Shown: piece after piece, positions 1 through 10,190 of the stretch | Position numbering within the stretch: position 1 is the first letter of the stretch | Layout: each line of letters begins with the position of its first letter | From: a virus | Lineage: Duplodnaviria; Caudoviricetes | IMG/VR virus record: IMGVR_UViG_3300032296_001124 | Coordinates: 1-35,908 of that record | Reading direction: 5' to 3' (one strand) | DNA length: 35,908 nt | Program-made: the position numbers and the translations under genes | The notes under the pieces: generated by a model | Told to the model about the DNA's origin: nothing | The model's database searches: none | Seen by the model: only the letters and a program-made list of their open reading frames with translations

Positions 1-123
1 GCAGTCCCAAGTTTGGATAGTATCGCCGCTAAAATGACCGCAATGCGTGATCAAACCATGCGTAATCAACTTAGACAAGGTGCCGAACAAACTGCAACAG
101 GTCCGGATGATTCGGCAGATGAC
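1..123. repeat. Terminal direct repeat, left copy (identical to 35786-35908); circular-assembly overlap
   Basis: GCAGTCCCAAGTTTGG...CAGATGAC is present at both window ends. Confidence 0.97.
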
Positions 124-1113
124 TCTAGCCCTGTGGCGCCCAGCGATTCCGCTGTGCCAGAAGTTGGTGATCAAAACACCGATGATATTGACAGCGACAA
201 TTTGACAGCCGATGCCCAGGAAACTGTAAGCGACGCACAATCAAATTCTACAGCAGATGAACTAATTGACTTTATTGAATTTGCCAACGACAACCCAAAC
301 GCTAAGTTTAAGTTCGTTCGCAACGGTAAGGAAGTAGTCATTGATGCTAAGAAGGCCGCAGCAATACTAGGTCAAGGATCAGCAATACACGAAGAAGCCC
401 GCCAACTAAAAGTTGAACGAGCTGAATTTGAAGAATATGTTAATGAGACCCGTGCTCGCCAAGAAGGCTTGGCATTGGCCATGGAATTTACAATTGAACC
501 ACGCTTGCAGAAAGCCTATGATGAAATTTTGAAAACTCAAAATTATCAAACAACTTTCCAACAGCAACTAGCACAGACTAGAGATCCAGCAGCTAGAGCA
601 AGGATTCAAGCCAGTATGCAACAGAATGAACAATACATTCGTCAGCAACAAGCAGCAATTGGCAAGTTGAAACCTGCTGTAGATCAATTTAGACAGATCC
701 GCAGTCAGCAAGTCAGTGAGGTTCTAGGTAACAACCGTAAGAATTTCCAAGACAAAGAATTGAAAAATGAATATGTCTTTAATGAGATTCGCGAAAAGGT
801 TGCCAAAGTATGGCCACATGCTAAACAGGAAATTATTCCCGGTGTCCCCAACATTGACCTAATCAGCAGTGATGAAAACTTGTTAAGTTTAATCCGCGAC
901 GGTCTCAAGTATAGGGACAAGCCCAATGCTAAAGCAGCAGGCGCAAGCATGGCAGCATTAACACAGCGCAAAGGTAGCTCAAGTTCAAACCGTGGCAGCG
1001 GCGACAACATTGAGAAACTTCGTGAACAAGCCAAGAGCGGCGATAAGAAAGCCGCAGACAATCTGCTAATGGCCCAACTACAGAAGTTGAGATCCAGCAG
1101 AGGTTCCCGATAA
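1..1113 (+). CDS. Capsid scaffolding protein; true start is ATG 35729 across the circular junction (~389 aa)
   Basis: Acidic disordered N-terminus, FKFVRNGKE motif and long coiled coil; lies directly upstream of the capsid gene; in frame with ATG 35729, which has an AAGGA SD. Confidence 0.75.
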   Translation, partial: AVPSLDSIAAKMTAMRDQTMRNQLRQGAEQTATGPDDSADDSSPVAPSDSAVPEVGDQNTDDIDSDNLTADAQETVSDAQSNSTADELIDFIEFANDNPNAKFKFVRNGKEVVIDAKKAAAILGQGSAIHEEARQLKVERAEFEEYVNETRARQEGLALAMEFTIEPRLQKAYDEILKTQNYQTTFQQQLAQTRDPAARARIQASMQQNEQYIRQQQAAIGKLKPAVDQFRQIRSQQVSEVLGNNRKNFQDKELKNEYVFNEIREKVAKVWPHAKQEIIPGVPNIDLISSDENLLSLIRDGLKYRDKPNAKAAGASMAALTQRKGSSSSNRGSGDNIEKLREQAKSGDKKAADNLLMAQLQKLRSSRGSR

Positions 1114-1133
1114 TTGCCTTTTAGGAGAATATA

Positions 1134-2306
1134 ATGGCAGAAATTACAACCAGTCAAATTGGTAACGGCACAACTGCTTATGGTAGTGACATCGTTGTCA
1201 AAGACTTAGATCTAGATGTATCCAACCGTGTCAAGGATGACACTCCTGTTCTAAACATGTGTATGAGCAAGAAGCGTAAAGTTAATTCTACTTTACCTCT
1301 ATGGACTGACGATATCTATCGCGCTCCTGCTGTTCAAGCACAAGTTGAAGGTGCTGTTGTTTCTACTGCTAACGCAGAAAGCAACCAGCGTTACAACTTA
1401 GGTAACTACACACAAATTTTCAGCACAACTATTGCTGCTTCTGGAACTGCTCGCGCAGTTATGCAGGCTGGTGGTGATCCCCAGGCTTACCAAGAAGTCA
1501 AGCAGTTAATTGAGCTAATGTTTGATGTGGAACTACAATTAGTTCGTAACGACCAAATCGGCACCAAGTATGCTGGTCAAACAGGCACAGCCTCTGGTCT
1601 ACCATCAGGCCAAACTGGTCGTCGTATGGGTTCTCTAAGTTCTTTCGCAGGAACATGGAGTTTCAATACAACTTCTGGTAACCTAAGCGGTCTAGATACA
1701 TTCTTCAACAACGAAGACACTGACAGTTCTACACAGATCAGTAACGCCCTACGCATTTATGCCAACGGTAACTACTACTACAACGGAACTTTCACTGACC
1801 AACTATTCAGCCCAGCACTATACAAGCAGTTAGTAACTGTTGCTGAACAGCGTTACAACGCTAAGATCCGCACAATCGTATGCCCAACAAGCCTACGCAC
1901 TTCTATCAGCGATAACATCACACAAAGCAGAGGTATCAACCGTGTTGATTCTGCTCGTGGCGATACTATCAGCACATACGAAGGTGATTTCAACTACACA
2001 TACGAAGTATTTGATAGTTGGATCATGGATCAAGTTAACCCCAACAGCATCTTCTTCTTGAACGAAGATGTAGTTCAGTGGGGTAGCCTGCGTGACCTAG
2101 GTCCTAACAACGAAGTATTCAGCAATGCTGACGCTTCTCTAGACCAGTTCATCATGGAAGGAACATTGATTGTTCGTAACCCAGCTGGTGTTGGCGTTCT
2201 AGCTAACATTGAAGCAGGCACAGCCGCACAGAGCGCACTACCAGGTCCTCGTGCTGCTGCACTAGTAAGCCGTGTCAACTTTGGCGCTGGCGATGTTACA
2301 CCTTAA
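1134..2306 (+). CDS. Major capsid protein (SU10/DUF5309-like, HK97 fold)
   Basis: Motifs DL..DVS...DTP, W.DD, GNYTQIF..TI..SGT..AV and YQ..K...EL..DVE; AGGAG SD; followed by a strong terminator. Confidence 0.88.
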   Translation: MAEITTSQIGNGTTAYGSDIVVKDLDLDVSNRVKDDTPVLNMCMSKKRKVNSTLPLWTDDIYRAPAVQAQVEGAVVSTANAESNQRYNLGNYTQIFSTTIAASGTARAVMQAGGDPQAYQEVKQLIELMFDVELQLVRNDQIGTKYAGQTGTASGLPSGQTGRRMGSLSSFAGTWSFNTTSGNLSGLDTFFNNEDTDSSTQISNALRIYANGNYYYNGTFTDQLFSPALYKQLVTVAEQRYNAKIRTIVCPTSLRTSISDNITQSRGINRVDSARGDTISTYEGDFNYTYEVFDSWIMDQVNPNSIFFLNEDVVQWGSLRDLGPNNEVFSNADASLDQFIMEGTLIVRNPAGVGVLANIEAGTAAQSALPGPRAAALVSRVNFGAGDVTP

Positions 2307-2330
2307 TCTATTATAATAGATTAATGGACA

Positions 2331-2355
2331 AAAGCCCGCTTCGGCGGGCTTTTTT
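2331..2355 (+). terminator. Rho-independent terminator after the capsid gene
   Basis: AAAGCCCGC-TTCG-GCGGGCTTT plus U-tract. Confidence 0.92.
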
Positions 2356-2373
2356 ATGGTGATTAGAACGGAC

Positions 2374-2379
2374 TAAATA
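2374..2379 (+). promoter_or_regulatory. T4-late-like promoter core TAAATA, 6 nt before ATG 2386
   Basis: TAAATA just after the terminator; no SD before the ATG. Confidence 0.65.
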
Positions 2380-2385
2380 TTAAAT

Positions 2386-2970
2386 ATGAGCGACTTCAAC
2401 AAACCTGAATATTTGGATGACACAGATCCAGAAAAGAATCATGATTACTACCGCCAAGATCATGGTGGTATGATTACCAATCACAATGGCGTAGCAGATA
2501 AGCTGTTACAAAACAACGATTTATATCGTAAGATGAAAGGTGATTGGACTAGAACAGACACTAACAAAAGCGGTAATATTATAGTTACCACTGGACGCGA
2601 AGATGGTAAGTTCTACATCAAACGCGAACAAAAGAATGCTGCTGCCATAGCACAAAGATGCCAAGCCTATCGCCGAGCAGCAGAAGCAGGCATACCGGAT
2701 CCCATGGCACCTTTAGGTGATGATGGCAACCTAACATGGAAATGGATGGACTTGCCCAATGTTGTTGCTGTTCGTATCAGCGATGATTACTTTGGTGGCA
2801 TGCCATGGAATGCATTGAAAAATGACAAGACACTTAAGGCACAATTTTACAAGGTAGTTGAACAAGAGTATCCTCAGTATGTTTGCTACCCGGGTGGCAA
2901 GCTACCAATACCCATAGATGTGCCATATCCCACAAAACGCGGGCAAAAGCGTTTCTTTGAAGGACGATAA
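2386..2970 (+). CDS. Hypothetical protein following the capsid gene (194 aa)
   Basis: Long ORF between capsid and adaptor genes. Confidence 0.8.
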   Translation: MSDFNKPEYLDDTDPEKNHDYYRQDHGGMITNHNGVADKLLQNNDLYRKMKGDWTRTDTNKSGNIIVTTGREDGKFYIKREQKNAAAIAQRCQAYRRAAEAGIPDPMAPLGDDGNLTWKWMDLPNVVAVRISDDYFGGMPWNALKNDKTLKAQFYKVVEQEYPQYVCYPGGKLPIPIDVPYPTKRGQKRFFEGR

Positions 2971-2972
2971 AC

Positions 2973-4193
2973 ATGTTCGTTATACCCACAGCCAATGATT
3001 TGGTAGATTTTATTAAAGACTTTACTGGCAGCAGCAATGACGCTGAAATAAAGCAATGTATTTTCCTCGCAGAAATGAGTATGCGTAACATTGAGTTACC
3101 TGCGCTGCGTAGTGATCCTTATGCGCCAGAAAACATTGGCATTGTGGATAGCTCGGGTAGTATTCCTATTCCCGGTGATATGAACAAACCAATCTTGTTC
3201 TTCAAGCAAGGTGTTCAATATATTACCACTGCTACTGCTACTGGCACTAGCGGACAAAACACAATTGTTTTGTCTAGCACACCGGCGCAGACATTGACCA
3301 ATGGTATGTTGGTCACAGGCACTGGCATTGCTGTAGGTGCTACAATTACTGCTACAGGTGGTGGTGGTATCGGTGACACAGTTACGCTAAGTGCCAATAA
3401 CACAGGCACAGTAAGTGGCACACTGACATTTACTACACCTCCCCCAAATCAAGGCAACAACCAAAGCCAAACTGGTCCATGGATTGTCTATGACCGTATT
3501 GGCGACAGAGACATTATTACACAAAGCATGATTGCTCAGCTATATTTGCAACCAGTGAATGTGCCCGCAGTAATCCGCGGCAAGTTCAGTGAAGTAGGCA
3601 GAAAATACAAGTTTTTGCCATATACTGCTGAAGGTGATTTAATCAACTTGTATTACTACAAAGCATGGCCCTTGCTGTTTGCACCTGTAGATGATACATT
3701 GGTCAGCGCAACTGGATCAGTAAACCCAATCAGCGGCACTGGTCCATGGCTAATTGCTATAACTGGCATGACTGACACAGATGGTATAAATGTTGGTGAT
3801 GAAATTACAGCAACACCAGGCACAGGTAGTTTAGGCACAGGATTTACCAGTGCGGTGGTAACACAAATTTTAAGCAGCACATCAATCCAAGTTAGTGTAA
3901 CAGGTGGTTCAAGCCCACAAGGTGGCACTATTACAGACATTTACATTACTGATCAAACTGTTCAAAACAACGCTGTGCTACAAACATGGGCAGAAGGTTA
4001 TGTATATGGCACACTACGCGAATACTATATCAAACGACACAACGCAGAAGACGCTGCGGTTTATCAACAAAAGTTCCAAAGTGCTTGGGACACAGTAACA
4101 GATCAAAACAACCTTGGCAAATGGAGTGGTGGACACACAAGACTAACCAGTGTTTGGCAACCTCGTCAGTATCGCCAATACAACATCAAGTAA
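2973..4193 (+). CDS. Head-tail adaptor (tail tubular protein A-like) with inserted Thr/Gly-rich beta domains
   Basis: N-terminal L...I.....D..I...I.LAE helix and C-terminal N..L......YVYGTL.E.Y typical of podovirus adaptors; position in the module. Confidence 0.65.
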   Translation: MFVIPTANDLVDFIKDFTGSSNDAEIKQCIFLAEMSMRNIELPALRSDPYAPENIGIVDSSGSIPIPGDMNKPILFFKQGVQYITTATATGTSGQNTIVLSSTPAQTLTNGMLVTGTGIAVGATITATGGGGIGDTVTLSANNTGTVSGTLTFTTPPPNQGNNQSQTGPWIVYDRIGDRDIITQSMIAQLYLQPVNVPAVIRGKFSEVGRKYKFLPYTAEGDLINLYYYKAWPLLFAPVDDTLVSATGSVNPISGTGPWLIAITGMTDTDGINVGDEITATPGTGSLGTGFTSAVVTQILSSTSIQVSVTGGSSPQGGTITDIYITDQTVQNNAVLQTWAEGYVYGTLREYYIKRHNAEDAAVYQQKFQSAWDTVTDQNNLGKWSGGHTRLTSVWQPRQYRQYNIK

Positions 4194-4202
4194 GGAACAT
4201 TT

Positions 4203-6140
4203 ATGCCAAACAATAACTCTTTATACGGATCTGTAACAAACACAGGATCAGTCAGCAGTCAAAACTACACAACGCTGTATAGTAGCAGCACAGCTGGAGT
4301 TGCTAATGGCAATTTAACCGTAGACGGCACACTGACAGTAAACGGCTGTGCCATACTAACAAACTGCACAACATTTGATTTACTGCCCACAACTGCAACA
4401 ACTATAAACTTTGGCCTTGCAGCCACAGCACTGAACATTGGTGCTAACACTGGCGTAACATTAATCAACAACCAACTTGCTACTGCCAACTATACATTTC
4501 CAGTAGCAGATGGCGTTAGTGGACAAGTTTTAGTTACAGACGGTGCAGGCACTGTAAGTTTTGCGCCAGCATCTACTGTAGGTAAAACATACAGCATTGA
4601 TTCTACTGTAACCACAGGCGGTGCAAACTTTAACTTAGTCAGCAGTGATCCTTCAACAGACACTATCAAATTTGCCAACGGCACAGGTGTTACTGTTACT
4701 GCAACATCGGCCAGTGAAATTAGTATTGCTATTGGACAAGATGTTGCCACAACTGCTAGTCCACAGTTTCTTGGTGCTACGCTGGGCAACATTACAGTTG
4801 GCATTGTAGATGACAATACGATCAGCACTACAACAGGCGACTTATACTTAACCAGTGATAACAACCAAGTTGTTATTGGACCTACCAGTGATTTAGTTGT
4901 CAGTGATGATATTATATTAGGTGATTCAATTGTTAAAACAGTTGGCGGTGACACGCTTACTATTGATAACAGTATTGCGTTTGCTCAAGAAGGTTGGCAG
5001 TTAATATTAGAAAACACAACCAATAACCAAATAAAATATCCGCTAGTAGTTACTAATGAAATCACTGGTGGTGCATTGGCCAATGGTGGCGGAACAGGTA
5101 TCAAGTATAGTGCTGAATTAGGTGGCCCTAGCTTACTGCCAATTGGTTCTACAGAATTTGTTGCCGTAGATGTAGCCACAAACAATTATGACTTTGTAGT
5201 TCAAAAACGCAATCCAGCATCATTGCCAGATCAACTACAAGAAATTTTGCGTGTTACTAATAATTCAGAAGTAATTTTAGGTATTACCAATGATACTGCT
5301 ACAGCAATTGGTATTGGCGGCAGAGTTGCAGGCAATGATTATTGGCACATTGGTGGTTATAGTATCAGCGGCACAGCAGGTAACGATGGCGCATTAGAAA
5401 TTGCTGTGGCCAATAACGGATCTGAACCAATTTTTGTGCGTCAATATACCAGTGGTGGCACAACTGGTCAGTGGCCATATGGCAATACAATATTAAGAAC
5501 ATTAACTTTATTAGGCAGCAGTGGTGAAACCATACTACCTGTAAGTTTAACATTAAATGGTTCTAGCAGCGGCAGTTCAACATTTGCTGCACCAGCAACT
5601 GGATCAACACTAAGTTATGTATTGCCAGGCACAGCAGGCGCAGCCAATACAGTTTTAACCAATGACGGTTCAGGTAATTTAACATGGGCATTACCAGGCG
5701 GTGGTGGTTCAACATTTGGTAATGTCAGCATTGGCGTAGTTACAGACAACACAATCAGCACAACCAGTGGCGATTTAGACATTACTAGCACAACCGGCGT
5801 AATCAACTTAGATACTTACACTACACTAACAGATGGTCGTTTAACCACAACCAGTGTTAGCACAGTAACATTGGACAGTTTTGCTGTGGCCACATATCAA
5901 AATGCTACATACTTTATCAATGTCAAAGACGCAGTAACAGGCGACATACAATCAACCAAAGTTGACATCATGCATAATGGCACAACTGCTTATATCAATC
6001 AGTATGCTAATATGACAACCACAGCAGATTTATCAACATTTGCTGCAACAATTTCAGGCGGCAATGTGCTATTAGAAATAACACCAGCCAGCACAAACAG
6101 CACACAGTTTACATTTAGTAGAACTGCACTAAGAGTCTAA
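4203..6140 (+). CDS. Tail fibre / virion fibre protein
   Basis: Thr/Gly/Ser-rich beta repeats (GQVLVTDGAG, NTVLTNDGSGNLTW); C-terminal LDSF....Y..A.Y.I........Q.......H.GT.AY...Y domain. Confidence 0.8.
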   Translation: MPNNNSLYGSVTNTGSVSSQNYTTLYSSSTAGVANGNLTVDGTLTVNGCAILTNCTTFDLLPTTATTINFGLAATALNIGANTGVTLINNQLATANYTFPVADGVSGQVLVTDGAGTVSFAPASTVGKTYSIDSTVTTGGANFNLVSSDPSTDTIKFANGTGVTVTATSASEISIAIGQDVATTASPQFLGATLGNITVGIVDDNTISTTTGDLYLTSDNNQVVIGPTSDLVVSDDIILGDSIVKTVGGDTLTIDNSIAFAQEGWQLILENTTNNQIKYPLVVTNEITGGALANGGGTGIKYSAELGGPSLLPIGSTEFVAVDVATNNYDFVVQKRNPASLPDQLQEILRVTNNSEVILGITNDTATAIGIGGRVAGNDYWHIGGYSISGTAGNDGALEIAVANNGSEPIFVRQYTSGGTTGQWPYGNTILRTLTLLGSSGETILPVSLTLNGSSSGSSTFAAPATGSTLSYVLPGTAGAANTVLTNDGSGNLTWALPGGGGSTFGNVSIGVVTDNTISTTSGDLDITSTTGVINLDTYTTLTDGRLTTTSVSTVTLDSFAVATYQNATYFINVKDAVTGDIQSTKVDIMHNGTTAYINQYANMTTTADLSTFAATISGGNVLLEITPASTNSTQFTFSRTALRV

Positions 6141-6154
6141 GGGGATAGTGAACC

Positions 6155-9100
6155 ATGGCTAATAAAAACTTTCAAGTAAAACACGGCCTAGAAGTAGGCG
6201 CAACAGTTACAGCAGATGCTGCCACTGGCAATATAACAACCAGCGGCGATGTTGCTGTCAATGGCGGTGATTTAACTACTAACCAAACAGCTTTTAATTT
6301 ACTCAACACCACAGCAACCACTGTTAACGCATTTGGTGCAGCTACTACGCTAGAACTTGGTGCTGCCACAGGCACTACCAATATCAACAACAACTTAGAA
6401 GTAGATGGTGATGTTACCATTGACGGTGGCGACCTAATTGTTTCTACTTCAACATTCAACTTGGCCAATACCACAGCCACTACGCTAAACATTGGTGGCG
6501 GTGCTACAACTGCTGTGGTAATTGGTAACAGCGCAGGTGAAATTGACACACCTAGTGATGTTCAACAAACTGGCAACAAGAGTTTTAGACAAGGTGATGG
6601 TCCATATTCAGGCAGCACAGATATTTTAAGAGATAACAATGGTAATGCCATAGAAGGTTATCTAGCCAGTAACAACAACATGACCACTGCTGACAGCGCA
6701 TTGGTTGTAAGAACATATGGTGGCACAACACCTACCAGTGGCGTAGCATATGGCAATGCTGGTAAACTATTCATGCAGGGTAGTCGTGGCACATCAGCTA
6801 GTCCACTAGCCATTAACAGCGGTAATGGTATTGGTTTGATATCATTTAGCAGTAACCTAGGCACTACAGCGGGCGCCGGCACGGGCACAGGATTTACTAC
6901 TGATAACAGTCCTGTTTTATTTCAACCTGGTGCTATCTACAGTTTTGCTAACCAAAACCATAGACAAACACTACAAGCAACATTTACCGGCAGTATTAGT
7001 GGAACAACGCTGACTGTTACCGCTGTGGCCAGCGGTGTAATTACAGCAGGACATGAAGTTCGTGGCACAGGATTTGATCCTACTAATGCCGGTTACACTA
7101 TTTTATACCAAAGTTCCAGCACAGCACCCAGCAATGCATTAGGCAGCACTGGAACATATGAATTATGGGCATCGCCGGGCACAATTGCCAGCAGCACAAT
7201 GACTACTGTGCAAGTTCAAGCAGGAAGTCAAATGCGTTTTCAACAGGCACATCAATTTTGGCCTTTAAATGCCAATACCTTTCAAAGTTTGACTTTTACT
7301 ACCGCTCAAGGTGGAGTTCTTAACGCTCCTTATACCAGTGTAAGATTTAGACAAAGTGACCCATATCTTCCTCAAGCAACTCGCATCATTAGAGAAATCA
7401 CTGGCGGCAACACACTAAACATTGGCACACATGGATTTACTGTTGCTGGTGCTAGTTTTACTATTATCACAGCAGGTAACCCAAATGGCTTAACCACTGG
7501 CACAACATATTTTATTGATACTATTCCCAGCACAACCACTGTCACACTACGCACAGTTAGCAGCGGTGGCGGTGCAGTTACAGGATTGACTAATGGCAGT
7601 GGGCTATTCATTCTGGCTGATGCGGCTGCTATTGCTGCCAACGGTAACCAAACACAGCCATCAAATGTGGCAGTGGCTGGCACTCGTGGCGGCCACAATT
7701 ACGCAGGAAGTTATAACGCTGACAATAATAGACAAAATGATTGGCTAGGAGAATATAGATTCACCGGTGGTTTTAGTGATTTTAGCAGCAATACTAATAC
7801 AAAAATATTTGGTCGTGCTACACAAGACTGGGCCGCAGGCAGTGCTGCTGGCAGTGAAATAGGTTTTCAATCTATAAAAAATTCAACACTAACTACTTAC
7901 ATATCAACTATTGGTGCTAATGGATCAACATTTGTCAACGATTCATTTACAATGAACAACACTCTTGCTGGCAGTATGCTCAGTGTTGACAGTAGTGGTA
8001 ATTTAACCATTAACGGTGATTTGCGTGTAAACGGCAATGATCTTCTCAACAGCAATGGCACTACAGTGATGACAATGACCACTGGCACTCCACCTAATGT
8101 GATATTTGCCGGTGACATTCGCATCAACGGAAATGATATTTTAGCCAGTGATGGAAATACTAATATCTCATTGACCAGCAATACACTGACTGCATTTGCT
8201 GGGGATATTCGTGTAAATGGCAATGACATTCAAAACAGCACTGGCACTACTGCTATTACAATGTCTACTGGCACTCCACCTAATGTGATATTTGCTGGTG
8301 ACATTCGCATCAATGGCAGCGATATCAATGCCAGTGACGGCAATACCAACATTACTTTAACCAGCAACACACTGACTACCTTTGCTGGTGATGTGCAAAT
8401 TAATGGTAATGATATTTTAAACAGTGCTGGCACCACGGTAATGACGATGTCCACTGGCACTCCACCCAATGTAATATTTGCTGGAGACATTCGCATCAAT
8501 GGTAATGACATTATTGCCAGCGATGGTAATACTAATATCTCATTGACTAGCAACACACTGACTACATTTGCTGGTGACATTCGCGTCAACGGTGGAGATA
8601 TTCAAAACCCAGGTGGCACCAATGCAATTACATTGACCAGTGCCAACGCTACAACAACCATTCGCGGTGACAGCATTGCACTTAAAGTTAACGCAGGCAC
8701 AGCAGCAACCAGTGCCAATGTTGACTACACACGCACATTTGGTGAGTTTGCCTATACCAATGCTGCTGGCTTTGCTATTGCTGCACAGAACACAATTTAT
8801 ACAATGCCCTTGGATACAACACTGAACAACAGTGGCGTAACCATAGCAAATACCGGTGACATCAACATCAATGTCTCGGGTTGGTATAAGATTATTATGA
8901 GTCTACAAGTAACACTAACAGTCAGCAACCAACCAGGACAGATTGATTTCTGGCTACGCAAGAATGGTGCGGATGTTGCCAACAGCAAAACACAGGTTGA
9001 CTTGCTCAAAGATCAAAAGTCAGTTATCAGCATGGACTGGTTGGTCAACAGCGATGGCAACGATTATTGGGAAATTGTTTATGTAGGCACAACTACAAAC

Positions 9101-9202
9101 TATGCTGACATTGACTTCCCAACTATTGCTGCTACCACAACGCCTTATGTCAGCCCACTAGCACCAGCACTACTGGTTAATGTAATTCCAGCAGGCATGT
9201 AA
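6155..9202 (+). CDS. Long tail fibre / receptor-binding protein with internal repeats
   Basis: 1015 aa; GD[IVL].[IV]NG.D repeats; C-terminal C1q/BclA-like beta-sandwich (G.Y.I..SLQ...IDFWLRKNG.DV). Confidence 0.82.
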   Translation: MANKNFQVKHGLEVGATVTADAATGNITTSGDVAVNGGDLTTNQTAFNLLNTTATTVNAFGAATTLELGAATGTTNINNNLEVDGDVTIDGGDLIVSTSTFNLANTTATTLNIGGGATTAVVIGNSAGEIDTPSDVQQTGNKSFRQGDGPYSGSTDILRDNNGNAIEGYLASNNNMTTADSALVVRTYGGTTPTSGVAYGNAGKLFMQGSRGTSASPLAINSGNGIGLISFSSNLGTTAGAGTGTGFTTDNSPVLFQPGAIYSFANQNHRQTLQATFTGSISGTTLTVTAVASGVITAGHEVRGTGFDPTNAGYTILYQSSSTAPSNALGSTGTYELWASPGTIASSTMTTVQVQAGSQMRFQQAHQFWPLNANTFQSLTFTTAQGGVLNAPYTSVRFRQSDPYLPQATRIIREITGGNTLNIGTHGFTVAGASFTIITAGNPNGLTTGTTYFIDTIPSTTTVTLRTVSSGGGAVTGLTNGSGLFILADAAAIAANGNQTQPSNVAVAGTRGGHNYAGSYNADNNRQNDWLGEYRFTGGFSDFSSNTNTKIFGRATQDWAAGSAAGSEIGFQSIKNSTLTTYISTIGANGSTFVNDSFTMNNTLAGSMLSVDSSGNLTINGDLRVNGNDLLNSNGTTVMTMTTGTPPNVIFAGDIRINGNDILASDGNTNISLTSNTLTAFAGDIRVNGNDIQNSTGTTAITMSTGTPPNVIFAGDIRINGSDINASDGNTNITLTSNTLTTFAGDVQINGNDILNSAGTTVMTMSTGTPPNVIFAGDIRINGNDIIASDGNTNISLTSNTLTTFAGDIRVNGGDIQNPGGTNAITLTSANATTTIRGDSIALKVNAGTAATSANVDYTRTFGEFAYTNAAGFAIAAQNTIYTMPLDTTLNNSGVTIANTGDININVSGWYKIIMSLQVTLTVSNQPGQIDFWLRKNGADVANSKTQVDLLKDQKSVISMDWLVNSDGNDYWEIVYVGTTTNYADIDFPTIAATTTPYVSPLAPALLVNVIPAGM
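8010..8610 (+). repeat. Tandem 186-nt (62-aa) repeat, about three copies, each with two FAGD.R.NG.D subrepeats
   Basis: ACTGGCACTCCACC recurs at 8081, 8267 and 8453. Confidence 0.9.
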
Positions 9203-9212
9203 GGAGATTAAT

Positions 9213-9368
9213 ATGCGAAAAGTATTAGTAAAAATTGTTAATGTTGATATGGAATTTGAACTAGAAGTGCCAGAGTTCTATAGAGACGAAGACATTTATA
9301 GATTAGCTAGAATACACGCTCAGCAGTTAAGTTGCGAACAATATGTTGAGTTAATAATTGAATCATGA
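9213..9368 (+). CDS. Small hypothetical protein (51 aa, MRKVLVKIVN...), absent from the ORF track
   Basis: AAGGAG SD; ATGA overlap with the next gene. Confidence 0.7.
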   Translation: MRKVLVKIVNVDMEFELEVPEFYRDEDIYRLARIHAQQLSCEQYVELIIES

Positions 9369-9634
9369 CCGAAACAGAAGATTTGTCTACCCATGTAAGT
9401 CTCTGCGAACTGAGATACAGGGCATTGGAGAAGAGACTTGATGCATTTGAACAAAGACTTTCTAAATTGGAAGATACGGTTACGGCTATGCAGAGTGAAA
9501 TATCAGCGGGTTTCACGGACCTTAAGGTTCTCATTGAAAAGCAAAACACTAGTAGAGCCACGCAGTTAACTGCCACAGTGGGTGCTGTGATTGTAGCTAT
9601 AATTGGTTTGTTAGGTTACCTTATCACGCACTGA
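9365..9634 (+). CDS. Coiled-coil protein with a C-terminal transmembrane helix (holin/XhlA-like candidate)
   Basis: Heptad pattern followed by hydrophobic VGAVIVAIIGLLGYLI; lies after the fibre genes. Confidence 0.55.
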   Translation: MTETEDLSTHVSLCELRYRALEKRLDAFEQRLSKLEDTVTAMQSEISAGFTDLKVLIEKQNTSRATQLTATVGAVIVAIIGLLGYLITH

Positions 9635-9656
9635 TTCTTATTGCTAATTAAGCAAT

Positions 9657-10190
9657 ATGAATAAGAAAAATCCCATAGTGAACTGGACCTATAGCAAACA
9701 GCATCAAGGTCTGCACAATTTAATTGATCCACGCACCGCAATTGCTAGGCAATTAAATTGGCAACGCTCTACCAGCAACATCACCGACTACACCCTACCA
9801 GAACCTGAAAACTACAACAGGGCTGTTTATAGCCCACAACCCATTGAATTTACTTGGGTCAAGTTTCAAGTTATCTACAAAGACCAATATCGCAACGCAT
9901 GGGTCACTGCTTGCCATCTCACCGCAGAAGAGTGCATAAGATTTGATGCATGGGCGCAGGACAATGACATGACCTATTGGCGACATCATAAGCCTAGAGC
10001 TTTGCGTCAACCTAGGCCAATGTTAGAGCGTGGATCAACCAAAGCAGAAATAAGTTTAGATGAACGCTTATTGACTATGGGCTACTATAAGAACTTTGTT
10101 GTTAAATATTTCAACGATTCTCCACATGTAGTGAAAAATCGTTTGGGAGAAGCAAGAGCTTGTCTCACAGACCTATTCAACGATGAATAG
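9657..10190 (+). CDS. Hypothetical protein (177 aa)
   Basis: ORF; one-mismatch promoter variant TAATTA (9645-9650) 6 nt before the ATG. Confidence 0.7.
   Translation: MNKKNPIVNWTYSKQHQGLHNLIDPRTAIARQLNWQRSTSNITDYTLPEPENYNRAVYSPQPIEFTWVKFQVIYKDQYRNAWVTACHLTAEECIRFDAWAQDNDMTYWRHHKPRALRQPRPMLERGSTKAEISLDERLLTMGYYKNFVVKYFNDSPHVVKNRLGEARACLTDLFNDE

Noticed and set aside
3215-9009. Many minus-strand ORFs opposite structural genes
   Set aside because: Antisense shadows of Thr/Gly/Asn-rich genes
7900-9202. Diversity-generating retroelement acting on the fibre
   Set aside because: No reverse transcriptase; repeats are in-frame tandem coding units without adenine-specific mismatches
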